Virus record (IMG/VR): IMGVR_UViG_3300024988_000243
Location: 1-48,349 of that record
Origin: a virus
Lineage: Duplodnaviria > Caudoviricetes
Reading direction: 5' to 3' (one strand)
DNA: 48,349 nucleotides
Shown: positions 1 to 9,686 of the stretch, one piece after another
How the letters are laid out: the number at the start of each line of letters is the position of its first letter
Numbering within the stretch: the first letter of the stretch is position 1
Program-made: the position numbers and the translations under genes
The notes under the pieces: generated by a model
What the model was told of the DNA's origin: nothing
Seen by the model: only the letters and a program-made list of their open reading frames with translations
The model's database searches: none

Positions 1-546
1 TTAGTTAATTTTTACATCAATATCATATTCGGCATAAAGAGCTTTGATTTGTTCCAAATCTTTATGTAAATCTGTAGGATAGATTTTTCCTAAAATACCA
101 CCTTGTTTTGTGCGTGCATTGGCATACATCAAAATAATAGGTACGTTAGCTGCTTTTGCAATATGCCAAAAACCAGTGCGAATGGGTTTTCGTGCTTCAC
201 CATCTTTTGCTCGTGTCGCTTCAGGAGCTATAACCAAATTAAAATTATCATTTTGATTAAATAGATCAACCATTTGAGTCACGATATCTTTGTTGGCTTT
301 GCGATCAACAGGAATACCACCAAGTTTTTCTAAAATAGGCTTGAGAGGACCTTTGAATAGTTCTTTTTTTATCAGTGTATGTATTTTTAATTCTAAAATT
401 TCAAATAAAGCCAGAGAAAGGATGGTATCTAGGTTTGATGTATGCTCGAATCCAATAATAACTTGTTTTTTTTCTAGAAGTTTTGGATCAACATTGTATT
501 GCCAACCTGTTGCTTTAAAAATAGATTTTCCTAAAAATTTTTTCAT
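1..546 (-). CDS. 1-acyl-sn-glycerol-3-phosphate acyltransferase family protein (host flank)
   Basis: HTSNLD (HX4D), GGIPVDR and APEATR/TGF acyltransferase blocks. Likely start MKKFLGK at 546; the ORF track extends to 690. Confidence 0.85.
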   Translation of the reverse strand: MKKFLGKSIFKATGWQYNVDPKLLEKKQVIIGFEHTSNLDTILSLALFEILELKIHTLIKKELFKGPLKPILEKLGGIPVDRKANKDIVTQMVDLFNQNDNFNLVIAPEATRAKDGEARKPIRTGFWHIAKAANVPIILMYANARTKQGGILGKIYPTDLHKDLEQIKALYAEYDIDVKIN

Positions 547-849
547 GGTTATCATCATAGGCTTTGAGTCGCAGCAGTGTAATATGTGTTCTAAGGAAAA
601 TACATATCCGAAAGCGCCAGAAAAAAGTTTTAGATATTTTTTTTGAAAACGCAAAACTATATTTTTCATTTGAATCACAACATTTAACAATCTATCGAAA
701 TCTTTTTAAACTCTACTTCTTAGATTTACTCATGCTTTACTGGAAATTTTATCTGAGTGGAAAATTGAATAGGGTATAAAATCCCTTTACGTCGTGTATT
801 TAAACTTATCTTATTATTAATGTAATCAATCTCATTAGCTTTAGTCCAT

Positions 850-1000
850 CAGGCTTAAAAAAGGATGACACCTCGATGAGTTCTTTTGTTTTTAACCAAG
901 ATAGATAGTCCTAGTACAATTGCCACTGTCTCAGATGGAAATTGTACCGAGTCAGTAATTGCTCAGAAACGAGAGTCGACACAAATGTCTTTTCTTCACG
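850..1000 (-). pseudogene. Degenerate excisionase-like HTH gene remnant
   Basis: Minus strand reads FPSETVAIVLGLS, then WLKTK in another frame, with stops. Resembles small prophage Xis/HTH proteins and lies at the end of the leftward early operon. Confidence 0.4.
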
Positions 1001-1087
1001 CCTGATTTTTTACTTTCAATAGACTAAGAATTTTCAAGCCACCTTATGCAATGTAAATATTTTATATTTCTCAATTTATTAGCTTAA

Positions 1088-1489
1088 TTAGAAATACTTT
1101 AATTGTGCATCAGCATTTTCTTCAGCCAAATATTCTAATTGTGAATTTAGTTTTATAACTTGACTCTCTGTCAGTGAAATCTGTAAACCATTTGGAATAT
1201 CAGTGTTGTCATTACTTTTAATGATAACAAAACTGCAGTCATCAACAGTTAATTGTTGATATTCTTGAACACGATAATCTTCATATTGATAATTTGAACC
1301 ATAATGGTTTGGAATATAACTGAGTTCACGAGTTTTAGTAATAGAAGATGCATACATAGAACATTCTATAACGATACATCCGAACTTTAAACTAAAATAG
1401 ACTAATTCTTCATTTACTTCGATATCATCTGAAACAGTGAATTTAGGAAGTTGTGGACAGAATAGTTCTGATTTTGCCTGCATATTCAT
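1088..1489 (-). CDS. Prophage early-left hypothetical protein
   Basis: 133 aa ORF coupled to the upstream ORF, downstream of the OL operators. Confidence 0.7.
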   Translation of the reverse strand: MNMQAKSELFCPQLPKFTVSDDIEVNEELVYFSLKFGCIVIECSMYASSITKTRELSYIPNHYGSNYQYEDYRVQEYQQLTVDDCSFVIIKSNDNTDIPNGLQISLTESQVIKLNSQLEYLAEENADAQLKYF

Positions 1490-1764
1490 TACTGATTTCC
1501 TATATGAGTAATCAAATTAATTGCATTATTTTTATCAATTAGATGAATTGGATTTCGTATAGATGGTTCAATGCGGCTATTTTTGCTTAAATGGCTGGCA
1601 GCCCAACAAAGTAAGGCTAAACACATGCCAAATAACATAAGTAAAGCAAGTGTTTTTAATACAATGATTTTAAATGTTGTGTATCGATTGAGATTTTGTT
1701 TCCGAATACACTTTAAGATAAATAAACGCTCGGCTTCATTTGCTAAACATGTTTTTAGGTCCAT
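1489..1764 (-). CDS. Prophage early-left small membrane protein
   Basis: 91 aa with one hydrophobic segment (IIVLKTLALLMLFGMCLALLCWAA). Confidence 0.65.
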   Translation of the reverse strand: MDLKTCLANEAERLFILKCIRKQNLNRYTTFKIIVLKTLALLMLFGMCLALLCWAASHLSKNSRIEPSIRNPIHLIDKNNAINLITHIGNQ

Positions 1765-1835
1765 AGCTTTTTACTCTTGAGATTTAAGCTTGTTGCTTAA
1801 AATTTTTGGATTCTTATTCCGCAATGAAGTAAATA

Positions 1836-1870
1836 CTACTAAAAGTAGAATAAAAGTCAACAATTAGTAG
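1836..1870. promoter_or_regulatory. Left operators (OL), two 13-bp palindromic sites
   Basis: CTACTAAAAGTAG at 1836-1848 and CAACAATTAGTAG at 1858-1870. The same motif occurs between cI and cro. Confidence 0.75.
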
Positions 1871-1900
1871 CTTTTATTTTCTACTTTAAATTTTTTTTAT

Positions 1901-1928
1901 AAAAAAAGCCTACTTTTAAAGTAGGCTT
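1901..1928 (-). terminator. Intrinsic terminator downstream of cI
   Basis: AAGCCTACTTT/AAAGTAGGCTT inverted repeat followed by a T run on the minus strand. Confidence 0.7.
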
Positions 1929-1995
1929 GATAACGTTCAATGAAGATTTTTTTTAAATTTTGATCATTCAAAAGTTTTAGTAGATTGTATTTTAA

Positions 1996-2667
1996 TTATA
2001 TTTTTCTATATAAACCAACAACTTTACCTACTAATCGGCAGCCGTCAGAAAGTTTGATTATTTTTTCGGGCCAATTAGGATTTAACGGTTCCAGAAATTT
2101 ATCAGATCCTTCTATTATTAATTTTTTAAAAGTTGCTTCAGTATCGCCTAAACATGCGACGATAACTAAATCATTTGTTTTTAGGTCGCTCACCTGAAAA
2201 TCTGGATTCACGTAAATCCTATCCTGAGGCTCAAACTTAGGAGACATCGAATAGCCAGTTACAATCAAACCATATCCATTTTTACCACATTCTTTAATTG
2301 GTGGTAGATATTCGTCTACTTCCGCATCTCTTAACACTGTTTCAATAGGGCTAAAGGAACCAGCTGCTACCCAAGAAATCACAGGAATTTTTTTACTTTC
2401 TTCAAATCTAATCTTTTTAGATAAATCAACATTTCCATCTAATATTGATCCATGATTTAAAAAACTAATATCTACATTAAATATTTCAGCTAGTTTTTTT
2501 AATTTTTCTTCTCTTGGTTTCGCTGTACCTAATGTATATCTACGAGCCATTTCATAGGTAACACCCATAGCATCTTTTAGATCATTTACAGATTTAATCG
2601 TTGAGTCTTTTGCACTCATTAGATGTTGTAAGCGTTTTGCAAAATCTTGGTACTTGGGTAATTGCAT
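1996..2667 (-). CDS. cI: CI-like phage repressor (HTH plus S24 autopeptidase)
   Basis: N-terminal HTH, VAAG cleavage site, catalytic GYSMSP and TFKKL. RecA-inducible type. Confidence 0.93.
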   Translation of the reverse strand: MQLPKYQDFAKRLQHLMSAKDSTIKSVNDLKDAMGVTYEMARRYTLGTAKPREEKLKKLAEIFNVDISFLNHGSILDGNVDLSKKIRFEESKKIPVISWVAAGSFSPIETVLRDAEVDEYLPPIKECGKNGYGLIVTGYSMSPKFEPQDRIYVNPDFQVSDLKTNDLVIVACLGDTEATFKKLIIEGSDKFLEPLNPNWPEKIIKLSDGCRLVGKVVGLYRKI

Positions 2668-2682
2668 TACATTTGCTCTTTT

Positions 2683-2762
2683 CTACCTTTAGTAGAATTT
2701 ACTACTAAATTTAAGTTGCATCAATTCTATTTTTAGTTGTATATTGTTTCTACTAAAAGTAG
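2683..2762. promoter_or_regulatory. Right operators (OR), three 13-bp sites between cI and cro
   Basis: CTACCTTTAGTAG 2683-2695, CTATTTTTAGTTG 2727-2739, CTACTAAAAGTAG 2750-2762. Confidence 0.75.
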
Positions 2763-2776
2763 TTTTTGGGGTTTTT

Positions 2777-3001
2777 ATGTCACAAAAAGAAGCTTTCGAG
2801 AAAGCAGTGGAAATAGCGGGAACGAGGACAGCTTTAGCTAAAGTATTGGGAATTAGACCATGGGCTTTATTTAAATGGAATTTAGACAAAATTCCAGAAA
2901 ATCGCTGTGAGCAAATTGAACAATTTACTCAGGGTGAGGTTAAGGCATCAGAGCTTCGTCCAGATATTAATTGGAATTATATTCGCAACAAAAAAGCCTG
3001 A
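2777..3001 (+). CDS. cro: Cro-like (YdaS family) regulator
   Basis: Divergent from cI; GTRTALAKVLGI HTH and C-terminal ELRPDI signature. Confidence 0.88.
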   Translation: MSQKEAFEKAVEIAGTRTALAKVLGIRPWALFKWNLDKIPENRCEQIEQFTQGEVKASELRPDINWNYIRNKKA

Positions 3002-3044
3002 TTTCGGAGATAAGGCGAGTATTTATTAAATACAGGATCAATGA

Positions 3045-3917
3045 ATGAAAGCAAATTTAGTAAATAAACACGAAGAATTATCTCAATGTGAGGTTGTTGT
3101 GTTTCCACGAACAGGGCGTCTAGAAACCTCAAAGAAAGAAGAGGGATATACTAAAATGCCTAACTCTTTAATTGATAACCAAATCATGGCGCAATTAAAT
3201 GATAAGGCTTTTAAATGCCTTATGTTTATAGTACGCCAAACATTAGGATTTGATCGTACATTTCATACAATTGCGATTACTCAATTTCAAAAATATTGTG
3301 GTATCAGAAAACGTGACACAGTCATGGGTTGTATTAAAGAACTCGAAAATAAAAAACTTATTGAAGTTAAGCGCAAATCAGGATGTCTAAATGAATATTC
3401 AATAAACAATAACCCATCTCTTGAAAGGGTACTACCAGTAAAACAGACTACTCCCGTTAAAAGTAATGAGAGTCGTACCGCCAAATGGGACGGGACTAGT
3501 CCTATCAAACGGGACTCTAATAAAGAAATATTTAAAGAAACGTTTAAAGAAAATATAAATGAAATTTTTGAGTTTTGGAAAACTACATTTGCAAAGACAG
3601 ATAAAGTTATTTTAACCGAAAAACGTAAATCAAAGATTCAGGCACGCTTAAAAGAAGGGTATTCGGTTCAAGATATTAGAGCGGCAATAGTGAATTGTTC
3701 AAAATCCAAATATCACATTGATCAGGGATATACCGATATTGAATTAATTTGCCGTGAGCCTGAAAAGCTTGATCGTTTTCTTGGCATGAACACACTGAAC
3801 CAAATTACTGGCGTTCAACCTAATTTAGATAGCCGAAATGTAAATCAGATTTGGGAACAAATGCCAACCTATTATGAGCCAGTAGAATCTATTGAGTTAG
3901 AGGAGTGGATGGTATGA
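3045..3917 (+). CDS. Phage replication initiator, lambda O-like
   Basis: EEGYTKMPNSLID N-terminus, winged HTH, low-complexity middle with degenerate AAAnGGGAC repeats (~3425-3520, possible origin). Confidence 0.85.
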   Translation: MKANLVNKHEELSQCEVVVFPRTGRLETSKKEEGYTKMPNSLIDNQIMAQLNDKAFKCLMFIVRQTLGFDRTFHTIAITQFQKYCGIRKRDTVMGCIKELENKKLIEVKRKSGCLNEYSINNNPSLERVLPVKQTTPVKSNESRTAKWDGTSPIKRDSNKEIFKETFKENINEIFEFWKTTFAKTDKVILTEKRKSKIQARLKEGYSVQDIRAAIVNCSKSKYHIDQGYTDIELICREPEKLDRFLGMNTLNQITGVQPNLDSRNVNQIWEQMPTYYEPVESIELEEWMV

Positions 3918-4657
3918 ATGCAATGTCCCCTACAAAAAACATTCAAAGTAAATTGCTATGTCCTCAACACAATACTCGAATGATTGTTATGTTCGGCAGG
4001 GAAAGTTGCCCTATTTGTGCTGTTGAATATGTAAAAGCGTCAAACCATATGCATACCAAACAAGTTAACCATGCAATTCGTCAAAAACATTTTGCGGGTG
4101 CGATCTTACCAAAACGCCATGAAAATTCTGGATTTCGTAATTATATGACAATCTCATCTGGTCAAAAGCTGGCATTGAAGCAAACCACTGATTATGCGAA
4201 AGAAATTATTGGTGGTTCGATAGCCAATTTAGTTATGGTTGGTAGTACAGGGACTGGAAAGACACATTTGTCATGCGCAACTGCAAGAACATTATTAGCG
4301 AAGGGTAAATATGCGCGATACATCACGAGTGAGCATATGGCTCAAAAGATAATGAAATCATGGAATAAGGATAATAAAGATCAGTCAGAACAATCCGTTA
4401 TTGCTGAATTTACTCAATATGATTTGTTGATTCTTGATGAATATGGATTGCATGACCGAGATAAAAGATTAGAACTGGTACATAAGGTTTTGTACGCACG
4501 TTATGACGAAGGTAAGGCAACGATGCTTATTTCAAACATGACGCTTGAGCAGCTAAAAATAGATCTAGGGGATCGTCTTTGGTCTCGATTCCAGCATGGT
4601 GGTCTAACAATTGTCGAATGTAATTGGAATGATGCTCGTAAAGGTAAAGCATCATGA
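3914..4657 (+). CDS. DnaC/IstB-like ATPase helicase loader
   Basis: Cys/His zinc motif, Walker A GSTGTGKT, Walker B LLILDE, GDRLWSR. ATGA overlap with the initiator. Confidence 0.9.
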   Translation: MNAMSPTKNIQSKLLCPQHNTRMIVMFGRESCPICAVEYVKASNHMHTKQVNHAIRQKHFAGAILPKRHENSGFRNYMTISSGQKLALKQTTDYAKEIIGGSIANLVMVGSTGTGKTHLSCATARTLLAKGKYARYITSEHMAQKIMKSWNKDNKDQSEQSVIAEFTQYDLLILDEYGLHDRDKRLELVHKVLYARYDEGKATMLISNMTLEQLKIDLGDRLWSRFQHGGLTIVECNWNDARKGKAS

Positions 4658-4911
4658 TAAACCACGCAAAATTATCCATACCATTTGGTTTTATGATTCA
4701 GGTGCTAATACATAATATAAAAGTTATTAAGTATATTCACTCTAGTCAATATATTTACCTTAGTTATGTATTAAAAATATTAGGGCAACGATATTTAGAA
4801 CTTAAGAAATGCTTCGAAGATTTAATCAATGATTTTAACAGGGCTAATAAATATCAAGATTTTAAATCAATAAAATGTTATTTGAGAGAAAAATATGGAT
4901 TTAAGTCGTAG
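4654..4911 (+). CDS. Hypothetical phage protein
   Basis: 85 aa ORF with ATGA coupling to the loader gene. Confidence 0.5.
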   Translation: MINHAKLSIPFGFMIQVLIHNIKVIKYIHSSQYIYLSYVLKILGQRYLELKKCFEDLINDFNRANKYQDFKSIKCYLREKYGFKS

Positions 4912-5176
4912 AGAGGTTTTAGTTTTGAAAATGAGATCTGATTTTGAAAATTGGTTAAAGAGACAAAATCAATATATGGTTTTAAAATTTCAGCATGGTT
5001 TAGATGTATTGAAATATAGCCCAATTGAAGGATATCAAATACCAGCAGTCGATTTGGCATTTAAACTTTGGAAAGAGCTAAGTTTATGCCGTGAGGAGAA
5101 TAAAACTTTATTAAGAAAATTTAATATTTCTTGCTCCACGCCTACTACTTTATTAGAGGAAAAATATCATGGCTAA
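4895..5176 (+). CDS. Hypothetical phage protein
   Basis: 93 aa ORF overlapping both neighbours in the operon. Confidence 0.6.
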   Translation: MDLSRREVLVLKMRSDFENWLKRQNQYMVLKFQHGLDVLKYSPIEGYQIPAVDLAFKLWKELSLCREENKTLLRKFNISCSTPTTLLEEKYHG

Positions 5177-5870
5177 AAGAACTGATTTAGAGAAACGGGT
5201 TTTAATTGGTCGAAAACTTGCACTTGCGAGAGAAAGAGCTGGTTTACGTCAGGATGATGTTGCTATTGAACTGTTTGGTGTTGCTCAAAAAAATCGTATT
5301 TCAGAAATGGAAAATGGCAAGACGCTACCAGATGCTGAATTACTACAAGTAATGTGTAGTTTATATCATGTCTCTGTTGATTGGGTGTTAGGTTTTACGA
5401 TTAATCCTGAACTGAATGAAACTGAATCAATAGCAGGGATTTTATTTAATGGTTTAGGAGATTTACTGGCTGATAATTTAAATGCAATAACTTCACAAAT
5501 GGCATTGTTATGCGCCAAACATGTCGCATCATTTCCACCTGCATTACAGGTTCGTTTATTAGAACATGCGAAGACTCTTGCTAAAAAATTTATTACCTTA
5601 GATCGAGAACAACAGGAGAAATTACAGCCAGAGATGCTAGATTTACTTCAAACGATTCAAGAGTGTGATAAAGATCGAGCGATTCAGTTTACAAATCTAG
5701 CTAAAGGTATTGAAGACATTACGGAACGAGATGAAGCAGAAATCCAAGAGAAATTACTTCAAGATTTGAAAAGCCAACGTAAAACACGTTTTATTCAAAC
5801 CACTTTGCCCAGCGAGAAAAAAAAGGAACCACAGTTTGATTTTTTTGCAGGTAATATCTTGAATAGTTAA
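5169..5870 (+). CDS. XRE-family HTH regulator, candidate late-gene activator
   Basis: IGRKLALARERAGLRQDDVA...ISEMENGKTLP HTH_3 pattern; last gene of the early-right operon. Confidence 0.8.
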   Translation: MAKRTDLEKRVLIGRKLALARERAGLRQDDVAIELFGVAQKNRISEMENGKTLPDAELLQVMCSLYHVSVDWVLGFTINPELNETESIAGILFNGLGDLLADNLNAITSQMALLCAKHVASFPPALQVRLLEHAKTLAKKFITLDREQQEKLQPEMLDLLQTIQECDKDRAIQFTNLAKGIEDITERDEAEIQEKLLQDLKSQRKTRFIQTTLPSEKKKEPQFDFFAGNILNS

Positions 5871-6148
5871 CTCTATATTTACATCATTTTTTTGCTAAAC
5901 AATAATGGATATCTCTAATTATTTTATGAGATATCCTCAAATCATGATGGGAAGTAGTGAATCATGTGAGGGGCAGATTTGTTATTTAATATACTTTACT
6001 CAAAAAACTATAAAAAGACTGAGTGATAGGTTGGTTTTATGATTTAGAATAAAATGATTTTAATTTGAAGTGAAATATTTAACTTCAAAGTGTTTAATGT
6101 ATTTGATACTATAAAAATAGTTAAAATTATTAAATTGCTGAGAGTAAC

Positions 6149-7042
6149 ATGTCTAATAAACCTGAGTTAATTTTAGTTGCAGATAAACAAAAATTATTAG
6201 AATTAGCTAAAGGATCAAAAATTGAATTTGATAAGAAACTGTTTATTCAAATATCTCTCGCTACAGCAACCATAGTTTCAAAATTTAATCCGATTGCCGC
6301 ACTTATTACTACTGTTGCCGCCACAGCTTATAACTTTGGAAAATCATCGACAGTGGTTGAGGAGGAGGAATTCTTATTAGAGAGAATATTAGAAAAAATT
6401 CAAAATGAGCTTGCTTTATCAAGTCAAATATCCTATGTAACACCTTCAAACGCATCTTCTTTAAAATTAGGCATTGGTGATAAACCTACTAATGGTAGTT
6501 TTTACATTAAACATCCTTTACTTGAAGATTTTTATATAAGACCAAGCGAATACGAACTAACGTTGGCGAGAGAAAAGGAAGCTGCCTTTAGATCTTTAGC
6601 AAGTTGTTTGGGTGCAAAAAGTATAACTTTACTAGATGCAAAACTAATTGACAGTAGTGGTAAGATAAAACTTAATTCAAAAACAATGCAATCGGTCAGT
6701 TCTAATATTGGTATTAGTGCAAGTTTTGATAAAAATGGAGTTGTTAGCCGTGCAGTTTACAGTGAATTTGGCTTACCTAGAAAAGAGCCGTATATTCCTG
6801 CCGAATTAAAATTATGGACTGAATTTGATCCTGACTTGCGAACAATGGCACGAGACCGTTTAGATGGTCATTTGATTAAACATCGAATCAGCCTAAGATT
6901 TATGGATAACTTTTCTGGTGGTGGGAAAATAGCAGCAGAAATTGCAAATAAAGGATTAGATATTGGCGGTAAGATTACAAGAAATCTGAGTTCTGTCTGG
7001 ATTTTTGAAGTAGAGTATTATCCACTTAATGTAGCAGTATAA
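6149..7042 (+). CDS. Accessory (moron) hypothetical protein
   Basis: 297 aa stand-alone ORF with AT-rich flanks; family not recognised. Confidence 0.75.
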   Translation: MSNKPELILVADKQKLLELAKGSKIEFDKKLFIQISLATATIVSKFNPIAALITTVAATAYNFGKSSTVVEEEEFLLERILEKIQNELALSSQISYVTPSNASSLKLGIGDKPTNGSFYIKHPLLEDFYIRPSEYELTLAREKEAAFRSLASCLGAKSITLLDAKLIDSSGKIKLNSKTMQSVSSNIGISASFDKNGVVSRAVYSEFGLPRKEPYIPAELKLWTEFDPDLRTMARDRLDGHLIKHRISLRFMDNFSGGGKIAAEIANKGLDIGGKITRNLSSVWIFEVEYYPLNVAV

Positions 7043-7131
7043 TTATCTATAAAAAACTTTATTCTATAATGGCGTTTGTTTCTCAATTATTTGGTAAAAA
7101 TATAACATTTACAGGTTATTTTTTCGAATAA

Positions 7132-7172
7132 TCGGAACTGTAGTAAATAGCTTGTCTACTCAATGCCAAAAT
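7132..7172 (+). promoter_or_regulatory. Putative late promoter motif, copy 1 of 14
   Basis: TCGGAAC-N28-CAAAAT upstream of the tape measure gene; the other copies are listed under findings. Confidence 0.7.
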
Positions 7173-7202
7173 CACGCTATGTAAAAATAGGGTGATTTTT
7201 TT

Positions 7203-9395
7203 ATGTCTAATCTAGGAAGTGGCTTACAGTATGATGAACTTGGCTTTCTTATTGGCTTACAACAAACTAGTCGTGATGTATCGAAAATTGATAGTAATAT
7301 TGAAAATATACGTAATATTTTGCTAGATTTACACAAAGAATTAGAAAAAAATTTTTCAATTCAAGATAATCAATTTGAGTTAAAATTAAGCGCTTTAGAA
7401 AAAGCACTTTTAGATGCGAAAATTAAGCCAACTGAATTTTCTGATTTAATCAAAGAACAGACTAAACCCATTATTCAAACTAATCTTGCATTAAATCGTG
7501 TCGCTAAATCAATTGAAGATTTAATAGCTGAATCCAACAAAATAGATGATAAAAAATCAGAACCTATACTGAAGCCTAAATGCTCTGCAATTCAAATAAA
7601 TAGCGCTGAAGATGTTATACGTGAATTTGGTAATAATAAGCCCCTAAAAGATCTGAATGATCAATCAGTTAGCTCTAATTCAGATCAAACAATATTCAAT
7701 AAAACTGCTCAAACTATACAGACAGCAATTCGCATGATACCAGCGCCTAATTTGCAAGGTATAGATCCAACATTAGATGCAATTAATGAAGTTGCAACTG
7801 TACTATCACCAGTAAAGCGAGCTGCTGGATTTATGCTACGTCCGCTTACTGGTTGGATGAAGTCACGCAAACGTAATGAGCCATTGCCAAAAGAACAAAG
7901 TGACCATAATCGAAAACAAGTAAAACTACTTCAGCGAATTGCTGATAATCTGCAATCTAGGGGCGGTTTGCTTGGTGGATTAGAAAAGCTACTTGGTGCT
8001 GGTGGAGGTCTACTAGGTGGTCTTTTGGGTGGTCTACTTGGCAAAGGTAAAGGCTTAGGCAAAGGTCTAGCTAAAATCCTCAAATTTGGTAAAGGTTTAC
8101 CTGTAATTGGTGCATTACTCACTGCTATGTCATTTAGTGATTGGGGCACTAAATCAACCAAAGAAAAAGGCGGTACTGTAGGTTCGGCTGTCGGTGGGAT
8201 TGCTGGTGGTGCGATAGGAAGTATCTTTGGACCCGTTGGAACAATTGCAGGGGCTGCAATAGGTTCATGGGTGGGTGAGAAGCTAGGTGGTATCGTAGCG
8301 CCGTATGTAAAAGAATGGACGGATTCTTTAATTGAGGCTGATATACCGTCAATGATTTCAAAGCTTGTCAGTACCGCTTTGAAACTTACACCTGCTGGAA
8401 TGGCTAAGTCACTGTATGACTGGGGCAAAGAAAAATGGAATGAAAAATTTAACGGGCAACCGAATCCAAGTTATCTTTTAAGAAGCCAATATGGTGGGAA
8501 AGGGGTTAACGAGGCGAATCCTGTTCAATTTGGAGCTGCTTATAACTCGAATAAGCCTTTGGAAGAATCAGGAAAAAGAAATGCGGCTTTAGATTTTTTC
8601 ATGGCAAAAGGGTGGAGTAAAGCTCAAGCTTCAGGGATCGTAGCTAATTTAGAAGCAGAAAGTGGTCTTGAGCATAACATTTATAATCGTGATGGCAGCG
8701 GAATGTATGGCCTAGCTCAGTGGTCTAAGACGAGACAGAAACAATTTAAAAAGAAATATGGTAAAAGTATTCAGCAAGCGACTTTTCAAGAACAGCTTGA
8801 GTTTATTAATTATGAAATGACACAAGGAGAAGAAATACCCGCAGGAAAAAAATTAAAAAAAGCTAAAACGGCAAGTGAAGCAGGTCGTGTAGTATCAGAG
8901 TCTTATGAACGTCATGATGAAGGAGAAAGAGAGCATATAAAAAGGGCAAATTTAGCAAATAATATTTACACCAAATCAGAGGGAAATATTCAAACACATA
9001 AAGTTGACAATAAAATAAACAAAGCAGAAACACCTAAAAAATCAGATGATCTTGCAAAGTTTGCTCAAAATGCTGAAATTCCCGTAGCTAGTCCGACTAC
9101 GCAGCAAGAAGCTGAAAAGATAGTACAAAAAGCAAAACAAAATGTACCTGTATTAAATATGCAAACCACAGTTAAACCTATAGCAGCACGGTCCAATAAT
9201 ATTTCAGCGAATTATACACCTCCAAAAGTGGAAACAAATGTGTTGCCAGCAAAAGAGTTTTTAAATTCACCTGCACCACAGGAAGTTGTTGTTACTAATC
9301 AAAATAGTGGTACTATCAATCAAAATGTGAGCAATCGATTATTAGCTCATGCGATTACTGGTGGGTTGGGAATGGGGGACAAGTTTAATGGGTAA
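7203..9395 (+). CDS. Tape measure protein with tail lysozyme domain (P1 Sit-like role)
   Basis: Helical N-half, Gly-rich hydrophobic repeats (GGLLGG, GGAIGSIFGPVG), lysozyme block GWSKAQASGIVANLEAESG...GLAQW. Confidence 0.85.
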   Translation: MSNLGSGLQYDELGFLIGLQQTSRDVSKIDSNIENIRNILLDLHKELEKNFSIQDNQFELKLSALEKALLDAKIKPTEFSDLIKEQTKPIIQTNLALNRVAKSIEDLIAESNKIDDKKSEPILKPKCSAIQINSAEDVIREFGNNKPLKDLNDQSVSSNSDQTIFNKTAQTIQTAIRMIPAPNLQGIDPTLDAINEVATVLSPVKRAAGFMLRPLTGWMKSRKRNEPLPKEQSDHNRKQVKLLQRIADNLQSRGGLLGGLEKLLGAGGGLLGGLLGGLLGKGKGLGKGLAKILKFGKGLPVIGALLTAMSFSDWGTKSTKEKGGTVGSAVGGIAGGAIGSIFGPVGTIAGAAIGSWVGEKLGGIVAPYVKEWTDSLIEADIPSMISKLVSTALKLTPAGMAKSLYDWGKEKWNEKFNGQPNPSYLLRSQYGGKGVNEANPVQFGAAYNSNKPLEESGKRNAALDFFMAKGWSKAQASGIVANLEAESGLEHNIYNRDGSGMYGLAQWSKTRQKQFKKKYGKSIQQATFQEQLEFINYEMTQGEEIPAGKKLKKAKTASEAGRVVSESYERHDEGEREHIKRANLANNIYTKSEGNIQTHKVDNKINKAETPKKSDDLAKFAQNAEIPVASPTTQQEAEKIVQKAKQNVPVLNMQTTVKPIAARSNNISANYTPPKVETNVLPAKEFLNSPAPQEVVVTNQNSGTINQNVSNRLLAHAITGGLGMGDKFNG

Positions 9396-9675
9396 ACTGG
9401 TATTTAGCCTAATTTTAGGAATTTTGCCAATCGCTGCAAATGCTAATTATTTTCCTCCTCTGGATGTTCAAAAACTGATTGAACATCAAGAGGTACTTAA
9501 TGAGAAATGTCGCGGTGGTTCTGGTAAAAATCCAAAGACATGGCAAGCTTGTAATAAAAGGGATGAAATAACCAAAAAAATAGAGAAGAAAGGTTATTGT
9601 AAGGGATCAGTCAATAAGGATGCCTACGGGTATGAAAAGGAATGGATTCCTTGTAAATTAGATAAGACAAGGTAA
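9388..9675 (+). CDS. Small exported Cys-rich protein
   Basis: Signal peptide ending ANA, four Cys, CRGGSG motif. Confidence 0.7.
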   Translation: MGKLVFSLILGILPIAANANYFPPLDVQKLIEHQEVLNEKCRGGSGKNPKTWQACNKRDEITKKIEKKGYCKGSVNKDAYGYEKEWIPCKLDKTR

Positions 9676-9686
9676 ATATTTTTTCT

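Noticed and set aside
547-690. N-terminal extension of the acyltransferase in the ORF track
   Set aside because: AT-rich and unlike the family; a later start is more plausible.
290-779. Plus-strand ORFs 290-646 and 564-779
   Set aside because: Antisense shadows of the acyltransferase gene with no recognisable motifs.
3425-3520. Possible iteron array in the initiator gene
   Set aside because: Repeats are too degenerate to delimit; mentioned only in the CDS evidence.
7931-8428. Pro-rich minus-strand ORF
   Set aside because: Mirror of the Gly-rich codons in the tape measure gene.
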